A DNA stretch of 64,000 bases, taken from Candidatus Nomurabacteria bacterium. GTDB taxonomy: Bacteria > Patescibacteriota > Minisyncoccia > Phycocordibacterales > SBAW01. The notes below the pieces were generated by a model that saw only the letters and a list, made by a program, of their open reading frames with translations, did no database searches and was not told the origin of the DNA. The translations under genes and the position numbers were made by a program. Of the stretch, positions 9,246 through 18,305 are shown in pieces; positions within the stretch are counted from its first letter, which is position 1, and the number at the start of each line of letters is the position of its first letter. The stretch covers positions 5,051 to 69,050 of the forward strand of contig JADZGF010000003.1 in the NCBI GenBank assembly GCA_020854065.1, in the 5' to 3' direction.

Positions 9246-9464
9246 CTACCGGCGTGGAGGGTTGCCGAGCCCGGCGTCGCCCTGGCCACCGCCGTGCTGC
9301 CGCTCGGGCATGTTGCGCCGGCCGTCGCTTCGGTCACCTTGTTGTTGCATGGTTCGCGATCCGCTCGTGCTCATATCCTGCTGATGCGGGTGCGGGGCAC
9401 CGGGACTCGCCGGACGCTTGCCATCGGCGGGGCGTTGGCCGTTCGACTTGTTCTTCATGCTCAT
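9246..9464 (-). CDS. Small hypothetical low-complexity basic protein (72 aa), high-GC codon usage
   Basis: SD sequence GGAGAG 7 nt upstream of ATG; GC3-rich codons; Gly/Arg/Gln/Pro-rich (MSMKNKSNGQRPADGKRPASPGAP...GGGQGDAGLGNPPRR). Confidence 0.35.
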   Translation of the reverse strand: MSMKNKSNGQRPADGKRPASPGAPHPHQQDMSTSGSRTMQQQGDRSDGRRNMPERQHGGGQGDAGLGNPPRR

Positions 9465-9641
9465 CGGTAGACTCTCCAGTTGGTTGTACATATGTCATCC
9501 CATCTCAACAAAAAGATGCCCCAGGGGGCATCCAGACGCTAAGTGGCGGACACAAAAGCAACATACCATGCCCATATTTTTTGTCAAACACCCCTCAAAA
9601 ATAGCTTTTATTTTGAGGCTAAATATGCTAAAATAGAGAGT

Positions 9642-10259
9642 ATGGTTATCAGCTATTTAGGCGGGGAGTGTTTTAAAGTCTCCCAGGGTGATTTGACCCT
9701 CGCCTTTAATCCTCCCGGCAAAGGTTCCAAACTGACCTCTGCAAAGTTTGGTGCAGACATTGCGCTTATTTCGCTTGATCATGAAGACTTTAACGGTACA
9801 GAAAATGCCAGTTTTGGTGAACGTGAACCCTTTGTTATCAAAGGTCCGGGAGAATATGAGGTAAAAGGAGTGGCGGTGCGTGGTTGGGGCACACCAACAA
9901 GCTACGGCGGCAAAGAAACGATCAATACGATCTACTCAGTTTCTCTCGAGGGTATGCATATGGTCTTTATGGGTGCGCTTGGTACGGGAGAGTTGCCCGC
10001 AGCAGCAAAGCAAGAGTTAGACGATATCGATATACTATTTGTACCGGTTGGAGGCGATGACGTGCTTGATCATGCTGCTGCGAATAAACTAGCAGTGGCG
10101 CTTGAACCAAAAGCCGTAGTGCCGATGCACTATGATGCAACCTCGCTTAAGGCGTATCTTAAAGAGGCTGGCAAGACGGTCGAGTCACAGGAGAAGCTCA
10201 CCGTTAAAAAGAAGGACCTTGATGGTAAAGAAGGTGAAATTGTCGTACTGACTAACTAA
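9642..10259 (+). CDS. MBL-fold metal-dependent hydrolase (UPF0173-like)
   Basis: MVISYLGGECFKV...LISLDHEDFNG beta-lactamase-fold motifs; start moved to the internal ATG. Confidence 0.65.
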   Translation: MVISYLGGECFKVSQGDLTLAFNPPGKGSKLTSAKFGADIALISLDHEDFNGTENASFGEREPFVIKGPGEYEVKGVAVRGWGTPTSYGGKETINTIYSVSLEGMHMVFMGALGTGELPAAAKQELDDIDILFVPVGGDDVLDHAAANKLAVALEPKAVVPMHYDATSLKAYLKEAGKTVESQEKLTVKKKDLDGKEGEIVVLTN

Positions 10260-10262
10260 TCT

Positions 10263-10532
10263 ATGCGTCGCTATTTAGAACATATGCATAGCCGTGAGCC
10301 GCATGAGCGCCGTAAACACGCGCTCCACGTAGCAACCATTGTGACCAGTTTGGTGTTTGTCGGATGGGCTGCTACGCTCGGGATGCGTTTAGGCGGCGAT
10401 TCGGTCGTGGTGCAAGAGGAAACGAACACCCAGTCGGCAGCTGCTATCCAAGCGGTAGAGCGGAGTGGTCCACGGTTGGAAGTTTCCAGCACGAGCGTAT
10501 CTTTGCCACAATACAACAACTGGCAGCAATAA
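10263..10532 (+). CDS. Hypothetical small membrane protein
   Basis: One predicted TM helix (VATIVTSLVFVGWAATLGM); starts 4 nt after the upstream stop. Confidence 0.45.
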   Translation: MRRYLEHMHSREPHERRKHALHVATIVTSLVFVGWAATLGMRLGGDSVVVQEETNTQSAAAIQAVERSGPRLEVSSTSVSLPQYNNWQQ

Positions 10533-10535
10533 TTT

Positions 10536-13001
10536 ATGGCAGAGAAAGAGAACAAAGAGCCACAAAACGGCAGTGGGGTAATTGGGCGCAATATCTCGAC
10601 AGAAATGCGAGAGGCGTATTTGGACTACGCCATGTCCGTTATCACCTCGCGCGCACTTCCTGATGTGCGTGATGGCTTAAAACCGGTGCATCGCCGCATC
10701 CTCTACGCCATGCATCGCATGGGCCTCACTCCAGGGAGCCGCTTCCGCAAGTCGGCAACCGTCGTGGGCGAGGTGCTGGGTAAATACCATCCGCACGGTG
10801 ATGCGTCGGTGTATGACGCGATGACTAAAATGGCGCAAGACTTTGCGATGCGCTATCCGCTTGTGTTGGGTCAGGGTAACTTTGGCTCTATCGACGGCGA
10901 CAGTCCTGCAGCTATGCGTTACACCGAAGCAAAAATGTCTCCGATGGCGACGGAAATTTTGCGCGATCTTGAAAAAGAGACTGTTAACTGGCGTCCCAAC
11001 TACGATGGTTCGCTTAAAGAACCTGAAGTGTTGCCAGCTGCAGTACCAAACATTTTATTGAACGGCACACTCGGTATTGCCGTGGGTATGGCAACCAACA
11101 TTCCACCGCATAACCTGGGGGAATTGTGCCGTGCACTCAATCATTTGATAGAGGAGCCTGATGCAACGGTGGAGGACTTGATGGGCTTTATTTCTGGTCC
11201 CGATTTCCCTGGTGGTGCAATTGCATTTAATAAGACAGACCTGCTCCATGCCTACACGACCGGCAGAGGTGGTGTGGTGGTACGCGGCAATGCGGAGATT
11301 GTTGAGGGCAAAAAAGGAGATTTCCAAATCATTGTCACCTCTATTCCATACCGCGTGAACAAAGCAGATCTCATCATGCGTATTGCTGATCTGGTTCGTG
11401 AGAAAAAGATTGAGGGCATTAAAGGCTTGCGCGATGAGTCCACGAAAGACATCCGCATTGCGATTGATCTGAAAGCGGGTGCGCAGCCGCAAAAGGTTCT
11501 TAACTATTTGTACAAACACACGGCTATCGAAGACACGTTCCATTTCAACATGGTGGTGTTGGTAGATGGTGTGCCGCAAACACTCTCGCTTAAGTCGATT
11601 CTCGAAGAGTTTATCAAACACCGCCGCGAGGTGGTGCGCCGCCGAACGCTCTATGATCTCACAAAGGCGCAAGAGCGCGAACATATTCTCCTTGGCTTAA
11701 CCAAAGCGCTTGATCACATTGACGAGGTTATTAAAACCATTCGTGCATCGAAAGATGTGCCTGATGCGCACACAAATTTGGTAAAGAAATTTAAGTTTAG
11801 CGACATACAGGCACAAGCTATTCTTGAGATGCGCTTAAGCCGTCTTGCAAACCTTGAACGTAAAAAGGTTGAGGATGAGTTGGCCGAGATTCAAAAACTG
11901 ATTGCTGAGCTTGAAGCTCTTCTTGCGAGCGAAAAGAAAATGCTTGGCGTTATTAAGACTGAGATTAACGATATCGAAAAGCGCTACGGCGATGATCGTT
12001 TAACGAAAGTAATGAAAGGTGCCGCTGGTGTCATCAATGTTGAGGACTTGGTGGCGGATGAAGAGCAGGTGCTGGTGCTCACTGCAGGTGGGTATGTAAA
12101 GCGCACTAATCCTGATGAGTTCCGTAAGCAAAAGCGCGGTGGTGTGGGTGTTATCGACCTCGACACTAAAGAAGAGGACTTTGTAACGACCTTCCTGACA
12201 ACCTCAACCCATAGCGACCTCCTCTTCTTTACCAACGTGGGTAAAGCATACAGCTTGAAGATGTATGAGTTGCCTGAGGGTAAACGCAGCACGAAAGGCA
12301 AAGCGATTGTGAACTTTCTCCCTATCGCACCGGAGGAAAAAGTAACGAGCGTACTTCCGATGCGCAAAAACCAAAAGGAAGGGGAGAAGTTTTTGTACAT
12401 GGTGACGAAGCAAGGTGTTGCAAAGAAAGTAGACGCTGCAAGCTTCCATGATGTACGCCGCTCCGGACTTATCTCTATAAAATTGGGCAAAGGTGACGAA
12501 TTAATTTCTGCCATGTTGGTAGAGAAGGGTGATGAAATATTCTTGAGCACCTCTAAGGGTCAGAGCGTACGCTTTAAGGAGTCTGATATCCGTCCTATGG
12601 GTCGTGCTGCTGGAGGCGTACGTGGCATGAAGCTTGGTAGTGGCGACATACTGGTGGGTGCCGATGTGATCCCTAAAAATGCGAAAGATTTTGAAGTGTT
12701 GGTGGTGTCACGCAACGGCTATGGCAAAACGACGCCAACGAGCGAGTATAAAACGCAGAAGCGTGGTGGTAGTGGTATTAAGACCATGAACATGACTGCA
12801 AAGACCGGTCCTCTGATTGCTGCTCAGGTAATTAGCAAAGAAGAAGGTGTCGGCGAGGATGAGATTGTGGTTGTATCTAAAAAAGGCCAAGTGATCCGCA
12901 CCGAACTGAAGGAAATCCCATCGCTCTCGCGTAGCACCCAGGGCGTTCGCGTAATGAAGCTCCGTGATGGTGATGCGATTGCATCGTTCGTCTGCCTGTA
13001 A
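10536..13001 (+). CDS. gyrA: DNA gyrase subunit A
   Basis: Motifs [22 protein letters not shown], active-site region and C-terminal beta-pinwheel repeats; 821 aa. Confidence 0.95.
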   Translation: MAEKENKEPQNGSGVIGRNISTEMREAYLDYAMSVITSRALPDVRDGLKPVHRRILYAMHRMGLTPGSRFRKSATVVGEVLGKYHPHGDASVYDAMTKMAQDFAMRYPLVLGQGNFGSIDGDSPAAMRYTEAKMSPMATEILRDLEKETVNWRPNYDGSLKEPEVLPAAVPNILLNGTLGIAVGMATNIPPHNLGELCRALNHLIEEPDATVEDLMGFISGPDFPGGAIAFNKTDLLHAYTTGRGGVVVRGNAEIVEGKKGDFQIIVTSIPYRVNKADLIMRIADLVREKKIEGIKGLRDESTKDIRIAIDLKAGAQPQKVLNYLYKHTAIEDTFHFNMVVLVDGVPQTLSLKSILEEFIKHRREVVRRRTLYDLTKAQEREHILLGLTKALDHIDEVIKTIRASKDVPDAHTNLVKKFKFSDIQAQAILEMRLSRLANLERKKVEDELAEIQKLIAELEALLASEKKMLGVIKTEINDIEKRYGDDRLTKVMKGAAGVINVEDLVADEEQVLVLTAGGYVKRTNPDEFRKQKRGGVGVIDLDTKEEDFVTTFLTTSTHSDLLFFTNVGKAYSLKMYELPEGKRSTKGKAIVNFLPIAPEEKVTSVLPMRKNQKEGEKFLYMVTKQGVAKKVDAASFHDVRRSGLISIKLGKGDELISAMLVEKGDEIFLSTSKGQSVRFKESDIRPMGRAAGGVRGMKLGSGDILVGADVIPKNAKDFEVLVVSRNGYGKTTPTSEYKTQKRGGSGIKTMNMTAKTGPLIAAQVISKEEGVGEDEIVVVSKKGQVIRTELKEIPSLSRSTQGVRVMKLRDGDAIASFVCL

Positions 13002-13005
13002 ATCT

Positions 13006-13698
13006 ATGAATGAAGATCAGACAAAAGACAAAGAGAGAAATCTTCCGTGTCTGAAGTGCGATACAGAGACTTTTCACAAAGTATTGAAATCCATTAATGA
13101 AGTTGACTCAGGAGAATGGGGCCTCTTTTGGGGTGATTTCGAAATTATAATGTGCCAAGGTTGTCGAACCGTGTCTTTTCGTCATGCTTGGGGTAATGAC
13201 GATATTATCGATGTAGACGAAGACGGCCACGCTATCCATGACAGCTCTCAGGCGCTATATCCCGGTCGTCTGCGAGGACGTAAACATCTCGAATATTCTT
13301 TCTTTCTTCCTCCGGATGTTGTAAAAATTTATAAAGAGACTCATAAAGCATTGTGTAGTGAGCAACCAATACTGGCAGGCATGGGTATTCGTGCTTTGGT
13401 TGAGGCTGTTTGCGCTGAGAAAAAGACAAGCGGGAAAGATTTACAAGAGCGTATTGATAATCTTTTAGATCTCGGAGTCTTAACCAAAGACGTTGCAGAA
13501 GTATTACACCACACGAGATTATATGGAAATCGTGCTGCACATGAAACAGCCTCAATAAAAGAAGCCGATTTAAGTGTGCTCATGGATATTGCAGAAAATC
13601 TTCTGAGGAACGTTTACATTCTTCCAAAGAAAGCAGCGCAATTAAAGGCACAGCCTAAAGCTTCTCCCAAGAACCCGGCAACTATTCCTGACTTTTGA
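13006..13698 (+). CDS. Zinc-ribbon (CxxC...CxxC) + DUF4145 domain protein (HEPN-superfamily-like)
   Basis: CLKCDTE...CQGCRTV zinc ribbon; C-terminal LHHTRLYGNRAAHE matches the DUF4145 hallmark (R..GN.aaH); AT-rich relative to gyrA. Confidence 0.6.
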   Translation: MNEDQTKDKERNLPCLKCDTETFHKVLKSINEVDSGEWGLFWGDFEIIMCQGCRTVSFRHAWGNDDIIDVDEDGHAIHDSSQALYPGRLRGRKHLEYSFFLPPDVVKIYKETHKALCSEQPILAGMGIRALVEAVCAEKKTSGKDLQERIDNLLDLGVLTKDVAEVLHHTRLYGNRAAHETASIKEADLSVLMDIAENLLRNVYILPKKAAQLKAQPKASPKNPATIPDF

Positions 13699-13704
13699 AC
13701 CTCC

Positions 13705-14028
13705 ATGCTTTACGAAATGAAGTTGCATCCGGGCCCGTTTGGGAGAATAAGAGATGGTGCACAGGTCATCGAATCGCGGCTTAACGATGAAAAACGACAA
13801 GTAATAAAAAAGGGGGACCATTTGGTCTTTGCTTTACGCCCCGACTATATTGAAAAGGTCGAGGTCGAAGTGGTAGAGCTTATCCATGCACCGACTTTTT
13901 CCGAGTTGTTCGCTGGACGTCCCTCGGTCGAATTTGGAGACCAAAAACCCGAGAATATGTACGAATACTACAGTAAAGAGGATGAGGCGAAGTACGGTGT
14001 CGTAGGTATCAAATTTAAGGTAGTCTAA
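13705..14028 (+). CDS. ASCH (ASC-1 homology, PUA-like) domain protein
   Basis: Short ASCH-type N-terminal pattern (PGPFGRIRDGAQVIESR...GDHLVF). Confidence 0.6.
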   Translation: MLYEMKLHPGPFGRIRDGAQVIESRLNDEKRQVIKKGDHLVFALRPDYIEKVEVEVVELIHAPTFSELFAGRPSVEFGDQKPENMYEYYSKEDEAKYGVVGIKFKVV

Positions 14029-14032
14029 GGTT

Positions 14033-14449
14033 ATGTTTTCAGGACTTGAACAAATATCCGAGACGAAACTGCTTGGTTTTATATTGTTTGCCGGGGCACT
14101 ATTGATTCCTGGCGCGCTTATACTCCAGCTCACTAACTCGGCTATAGTGCATTACGAAAGCATTCCTTTTGTCATTTACTGCATTGCATTTTCAAGTCCA
14201 CTCGCGTTTACCGGCTTTCTGGTTGCGCTCTACACACAGAGAGAATTACATAACGGGAGATGGTTTATTTTTACCGGAGTGTTTACGTTGATTCCGTTCT
14301 TCCTCTCACTCCTGTTGCTCCAGATTGGAATCTTTACATACGAAGTACCAAACTTTTATATCGCCTTTATGCTCGGTCTCGTCCTCTTTTTCGTACTTGA
14401 GTATTTCTCATTTCTCATACCGCACCGCAGACGAGACTCTGTCGAGTAA
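14033..14449 (+). CDS. Hypothetical polytopic membrane protein
   Basis: Four predicted TM helices. Confidence 0.45.
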   Translation: MFSGLEQISETKLLGFILFAGALLIPGALILQLTNSAIVHYESIPFVIYCIAFSSPLAFTGFLVALYTQRELHNGRWFIFTGVFTLIPFFLSLLLLQIGIFTYEVPNFYIAFMLGLVLFFVLEYFSFLIPHRRRDSVE

Positions 14450-14476
14450 TTTTTATCTTGGTACTATACTTGCCGT

Positions 14477-14701
14477 ATGGAAATACCAACAGATGCGCCT
14501 CAGGCAGGGGAGACATACCGACACTACAAGGGTAAGGATTATAAAATTGTAGGCCTTGCGCTGCATAGCGACGAAACGTGGAATGTGGTGTACGAACCAC
14601 TATATGAATCAGAGTTTACTCTTTTTACCCGTCCGGTATCACAGTGGCGGGATATGGTGGAGTGGGAGGGAAAGAGTATTGAGCGATTTGTTAAAGTGTA
14701 G
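14477..14701 (+). CDS. DUF1653-family small protein
   Basis: YRHYKGKDYKIVGLALHSETWNVVYEPLY pattern. Confidence 0.5.
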   Translation: MEIPTDAPQAGETYRHYKGKDYKIVGLALHSDETWNVVYEPLYESEFTLFTRPVSQWRDMVEWEGKSIERFVKV

Positions 14702-14764
14702 AGGAGCAAAGATTTACCTTTTGTGCTATGGTGCCGCACAGACGCAATTGGTAGGAGAGAGCGC

Positions 14765-15079
14765 ATGACGCCTGAGCACATTCTTGCTCTTATCGACTGG
14801 TATGAGAGAAAGCTGCGAGAGGCCAATGTGCCAAAGCAGCGGATAGACATAGATCGCACGTTCGGTTCGTTAAACGCATCCGAAGCGCTGGCCCATGCGC
14901 ATTATCTGTGCGACGGGATACGTGCGTTTGCTACCGATCCTGAGAGACAGCGAAAAGCAGGGAGTCATCTAACGGCAATCCAGATGTGTCTGAGTATCGC
15001 TCACTGGTTTACGCTTAGAGATCTACTCGGGCATAATCGGACACTGCCGCCCGGCTCGCTTGTTGATAAAAAGGTGTGA
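14765..15079 (+). CDS. Hypothetical protein
   Basis: SD sequence GGAGAGAG upstream of the internal ATG (MTPEHILALIDWYERK...). Confidence 0.4.
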   Translation: MTPEHILALIDWYERKLREANVPKQRIDIDRTFGSLNASEALAHAHYLCDGIRAFATDPERQRKAGSHLTAIQMCLSIAHWFTLRDLLGHNRTLPPGSLVDKKV

Positions 15080-15110
15080 TAGGGTATCGGCAGAAGGGAG
15101 GGTCCAAGTA

Positions 15111-15290
15111 ATGCATAAACGGAACTTTGGGTTTTCCAAGCGGGGGCACCGTTCTCTCAACGAGCTCGATCTTGAAGCTGCGTCACAGTGTTCCCGGTCG
15201 TGGGAACCGACTCTTCCAAGAGTCTTTGCGTTTACGTTTGCGCTCTTTGTGGTGCTTCTGCTTGTCTTGCCATTGATTGGCATAAAATAA
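15111..15290 (+). CDS. Hypothetical small protein with C-terminal TM helix
   Basis: GGAGGG RBS; C-terminal hydrophobic tail; followed by a terminator. Confidence 0.3.
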   Translation: MHKRNFGFSKRGHRSLNELDLEAASQCSRSWEPTLPRVFAFTFALFVVLLLVLPLIGIK

Positions 15291-15299
15291 ATGTTTGAA

Positions 15300-15334
15300 A
15301 TCCCCGCCCATGTTGGCGGGGATTCTTCTTTTTG
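15300..15334 (+). terminator. Rho-independent terminator
   Basis: ATCCCCGCC-CATGTT-GGCGGGGAT followed by TCTTCTTTTT. Confidence 0.7.
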
Positions 15335-15367
15335 GTATGGTGCACACAGATGCAATAGGAGGGTTCC

Positions 15368-15964
15368 ATGCGCTTGTTTTTTACTATGGCCTGTGCACTT
15401 TTCCTCTCATCTGTGGGTGCGCGTGGGGAGTCGCCGTGTGACTTTGCGCCTGGTATCAGCTGGAAAGTCGGACTTACCACGAGTACGCCCGGTGTGGTGC
15501 ACATTGTTTCTCACTGCAAACGCGTCGGACTTGAAGATCTCTCGAAACTCGATACGGGAGAGGCGACCGCGGTGGCTTCGTGGCCAAGTAAAGTAAAAAA
15601 CCTCGATCTTTCTCAATCAATCTACCGCTATTACCTGATCGTGAATAACGATCACGGCGGGCGGCTTGAGGTCGGGCTCTCAGAGTGGAAGGTCGCACAT
15701 GCGCATCACCTCTCGGTGGTGGGTAATGGTATCGAGATACCACCGTGTGTGGTCGTTGCTTTTACTTTTCTCTCTCCTGGTTCGCCACGGATGGAAATAT
15801 CGCATATGCAGGTCAGTCTCCCCAATGGAGAGGGCGGATGGTCTGTGGCTAGCCAGCCAAGACCAATACCGCTCCATGTCTCGACCTCTCCCCATTTTGT
15901 TCGCAGTGACATACGGGTGCGAAAGCTCCCAAAACAAGATGCTACCTCGGCAGCATGCAAGTAA
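15368..15964 (+). CDS. Hypothetical secreted protein (signal peptide)
   Basis: N-terminal signal peptide MRLFFTMACALFLSSVGARG; followed by the CCCCCGCTCA...TGAGCGGGGG hairpin at 15973-15998. Confidence 0.5.
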   Translation: MRLFFTMACALFLSSVGARGESPCDFAPGISWKVGLTTSTPGVVHIVSHCKRVGLEDLSKLDTGEATAVASWPSKVKNLDLSQSIYRYYLIVNNDHGGRLEVGLSEWKVAHAHHLSVVGNGIEIPPCVVVAFTFLSPGSPRMEISHMQVSLPNGEGGWSVASQPRPIPLHVSTSPHFVRSDIRVRKLPKQDATSAACK

Positions 15965-16018
15965 ATATCTAACCCCCGCTCAAAGTTGTGAGCGGGGGTA
16001 TTTGGTATACTTTCTGGT

Positions 16019-16525
16019 ATGAACATGCTGTGGTGGACATTAGGTGTTGTGGGAGCTGCTGTAGTGGCGGTATTTGCGTGGTGGACACTCTCTCCCTTCT
16101 TTATCACTACAACTGCCGATGAGGCACTGCCAGGAGTCACACAAAATGAACAAGAAGGACAGATGTCACCAGAAGAACCGATGCAAGAGCCAATGCCTGC
16201 TGCGCCTCGAACGGTGTCCACTGCATCCATAGTCGATACACCTGCGCATCCTGCAGAAGGTACGGTGCGTGTGGTAGAGGCGGATGGCACAACGTATATT
16301 CGCTATGAAAACTTTAAAACACTCAATGGTCCTGATATTTTCGTGTATCTCTCGAAAGACTTAGAGGCAAGCGAATATATAAACCTCGGGCGTGTAAAAG
16401 CGACCGAAGGCAACGTTAACTATGAAATTCCGGCAGGGGTAGACGTTGCTGACTACCCCTATGTATTAGTATGGTGCCGTGCATTTGGCGTGCTCTTTAA
16501 CTCGGCATACATCGGGGCGCAGTAA
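16019..16525 (+). CDS. Membrane-anchored DM13 domain protein
   Basis: N-terminal TM; DM13-like C-domain (GTVRVVEADGTTYIRYENFKTLNGPDIFVYLS). Confidence 0.55.
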   Translation: MNMLWWTLGVVGAAVVAVFAWWTLSPFFITTTADEALPGVTQNEQEGQMSPEEPMQEPMPAAPRTVSTASIVDTPAHPAEGTVRVVEADGTTYIRYENFKTLNGPDIFVYLSKDLEASEYINLGRVKATEGNVNYEIPAGVDVADYPYVLVWCRAFGVLFNSAYIGAQ

Positions 16526-16609
16526 ATTTGACACCAGGCAATTCCTGAAGATAAGGTGGAAGTAGACCGGGCTAGCCGCAGTCCCCATGGATTGCAGAAA
16601 GGACCAGCC

Positions 16610-17119
16610 ATGTTTCGGAAGTTGATCGGTGTGTCGGCTGTGTGCGCGGCTGTCATGCTTGTCTCTCCACTTGTTGCACAGCACATTCACAAAGCCCACG
16701 AACAGGAGGAGTGTCGTCTTGGTGATTTTCTGTGTAATCACGCCAAGTTCCACCCGCTCTACCAGCTCTGGGAATTTATTACCGGCCAATCATGCTGTCA
16801 CAACAGTGAGGGTCGACCGACGCGCGACATCGAGGATCTTGATGCGAAAGTGCCTGATCAGCAGGCACAGACTGCAGCAGGGTATCGGTACCGTGTATGG
16901 GTCGACGGTATGTGGTGTCCTGCCAAAGAAGATACGCTCATGCGCATCTCCGAGGCACAAAAAGAGCAGTTTAGGCGCTATAAGCGTGTAAACCCGGACC
17001 TCTTCTATTCTTTTTTGGAATACGACCATGCGTTTGCGCCCAAGGCTACTCGTGGCCCAAACGGCACTCTGATATGTCCGGTTATCTACTGCTTGTATAA
17101 GAAAAAGAATGCTATGTAA
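16610..17119 (+). CDS. Hypothetical secreted Cys-rich protein
   Basis: Signal peptide after the internal ATG with AAAGGA RBS; multiple Cys; terminator at 17123-17160. Confidence 0.45.
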   Translation: MFRKLIGVSAVCAAVMLVSPLVAQHIHKAHEQEECRLGDFLCNHAKFHPLYQLWEFITGQSCCHNSEGRPTRDIEDLDAKVPDQQAQTAAGYRYRVWVDGMWCPAKEDTLMRISEAQKEQFRRYKRVNPDLFYSFLEYDHAFAPKATRGPNGTLICPVIYCLYKKKNAM

Positions 17120-17191
17120 TTGCACCCCTCGCCCAGCTCAAGTGGGCGGGGGATTTTATTTATGATATGTTTCGGCCAGAAGGAGAGGGAC

Positions 17192-17623
17192 ATGACAAAA
17201 CCACTGAAGATTGCGCCATATAACGTGATTGAAAAGTCGGCGTGGTTGTATATAGACAACCGGCGCGTGTTGTTTGCACGCTCGCGTGGGCAAACCCTTG
17301 CGTATACAATCGGCGGCAAGATAGAACCGGGCGAGATGGTCGAGGAGGCGCTGGTACGTGAAGTTACCGAAGAGACTGGCGTGAGACTCCTCCCTGGGTC
17401 GATCGAGTTTTACTTCCTTTTCGTGGGACCATGCGATGGTTATGTCGAGGGCACCAAGCTCAAGATGTACGCGTATACCGCACGATACGAAGGGGCGATA
17501 GCGCCACAGGCTGAGATCGAAGAGCTAATCTATCTCACCTCCGCTGATATTGGGAAAGGTCGCACTACCACGGTGGGCGAGCAAATCCTTGATCACCTCG
17601 CATACCAAGGCAGAATCGATTGA
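17192..17623 (+). CDS. NUDIX hydrolase
   Basis: Nudix box GGKIEPGEMVEEALVREVTEETGV; SD sequence AAGGAGAG before ATG. Confidence 0.8.
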   Translation: MTKPLKIAPYNVIEKSAWLYIDNRRVLFARSRGQTLAYTIGGKIEPGEMVEEALVREVTEETGVRLLPGSIEFYFLFVGPCDGYVEGTKLKMYAYTARYEGAIAPQAEIEELIYLTSADIGKGRTTTVGEQILDHLAYQGRID

Positions 17624-17628
17624 CACAT

Positions 17629-17660
17629 ACCCCGCCCTTTATGGGCGGGGTTCTGCTTTG
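17629..17660 (+). terminator. Rho-independent terminator
   Basis: CCCCGCCC-TTTAT-GGGCGGGG followed by TTCTGCTTTG. Confidence 0.65.
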
Positions 17661-17692
17661 CAGCCTGTAGGGTCTGGTACACTATTTGGTAT

Positions 17693-18139
17693 ATGAGCCG
17701 CAAGAACTCACAAGCGGTCGGCGTAGTGTTACTTGCAGTTTTGGTGTGTGCAGGTGTGTGGATATACACTCGCCCCCACAACACTTCAAATGCTGAAGGA
17801 AATACGGAGGTCGCGCGCTTTAGCATGGAGTTGCGCAACAAAGTAATTGCGGAAATTGGTCAGCCTATTGAAGGGCTTGAGCCGTTTATGTTTATGCAAA
17901 TGTATCCAGGACTCACACCGCAAGATTTTAACGAAGTCGATGCACTGATAGGGGTTTATCGTATGCAGGATGGGCAGGTTGTGTACGATCCCAACGGTGC
18001 ACAAGAGTTACATACTGCTGCGCGGGCCATTTCGGACGGAGGTATGGCACAGCTCTATCACAATATCTTGGCGCGGGTGAGCCTCATGTCAGGGGCTGAT
18101 CCAGTCCTCGGAGTGATTGCCGCAATCTCCGCAGAGTAG
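17693..18139 (+). CDS. Hypothetical membrane-anchored protein
   Basis: N-terminal TM helix then soluble domain. Confidence 0.45.
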   Translation: MSRKNSQAVGVVLLAVLVCAGVWIYTRPHNTSNAEGNTEVARFSMELRNKVIAEIGQPIEGLEPFMFMQMYPGLTPQDFNEVDALIGVYRMQDGQVVYDPNGAQELHTAARAISDGGMAQLYHNILARVSLMSGADPVLGVIAAISAE

Positions 18140-18305
18140 CTTCATGTAAGAAACACCTCACTCATGCGTAATAAAGAGTATGAGGATGAAATTTGCAGAG
18201 CGCGTGGGGATTCCTGCCATAGTGCTTATCGCACTAACGACGGTTGTTCTGTATTCCCTGTGGGGAGCGATACTGCTTAACCATATGTAGGGGTACAATA
18301 GGGTA

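Noticed and set aside
8860-9540. Structured ncRNA (RNase P RNA, tmRNA, SRP RNA, 6S) as an explanation for the GC-rich patch
   Set aside because: No conserved RNase P P4 sequences, no tmRNA tag reading frame or tRNA-like 3' end, and no SRP domain IV motif were seen. Codon-position GC bias favours a protein-coding origin.
11055-11684. 209-aa minus-strand ORF inside gyrA
   Set aside because: Antisense to gyrA. No RBS and no homology.
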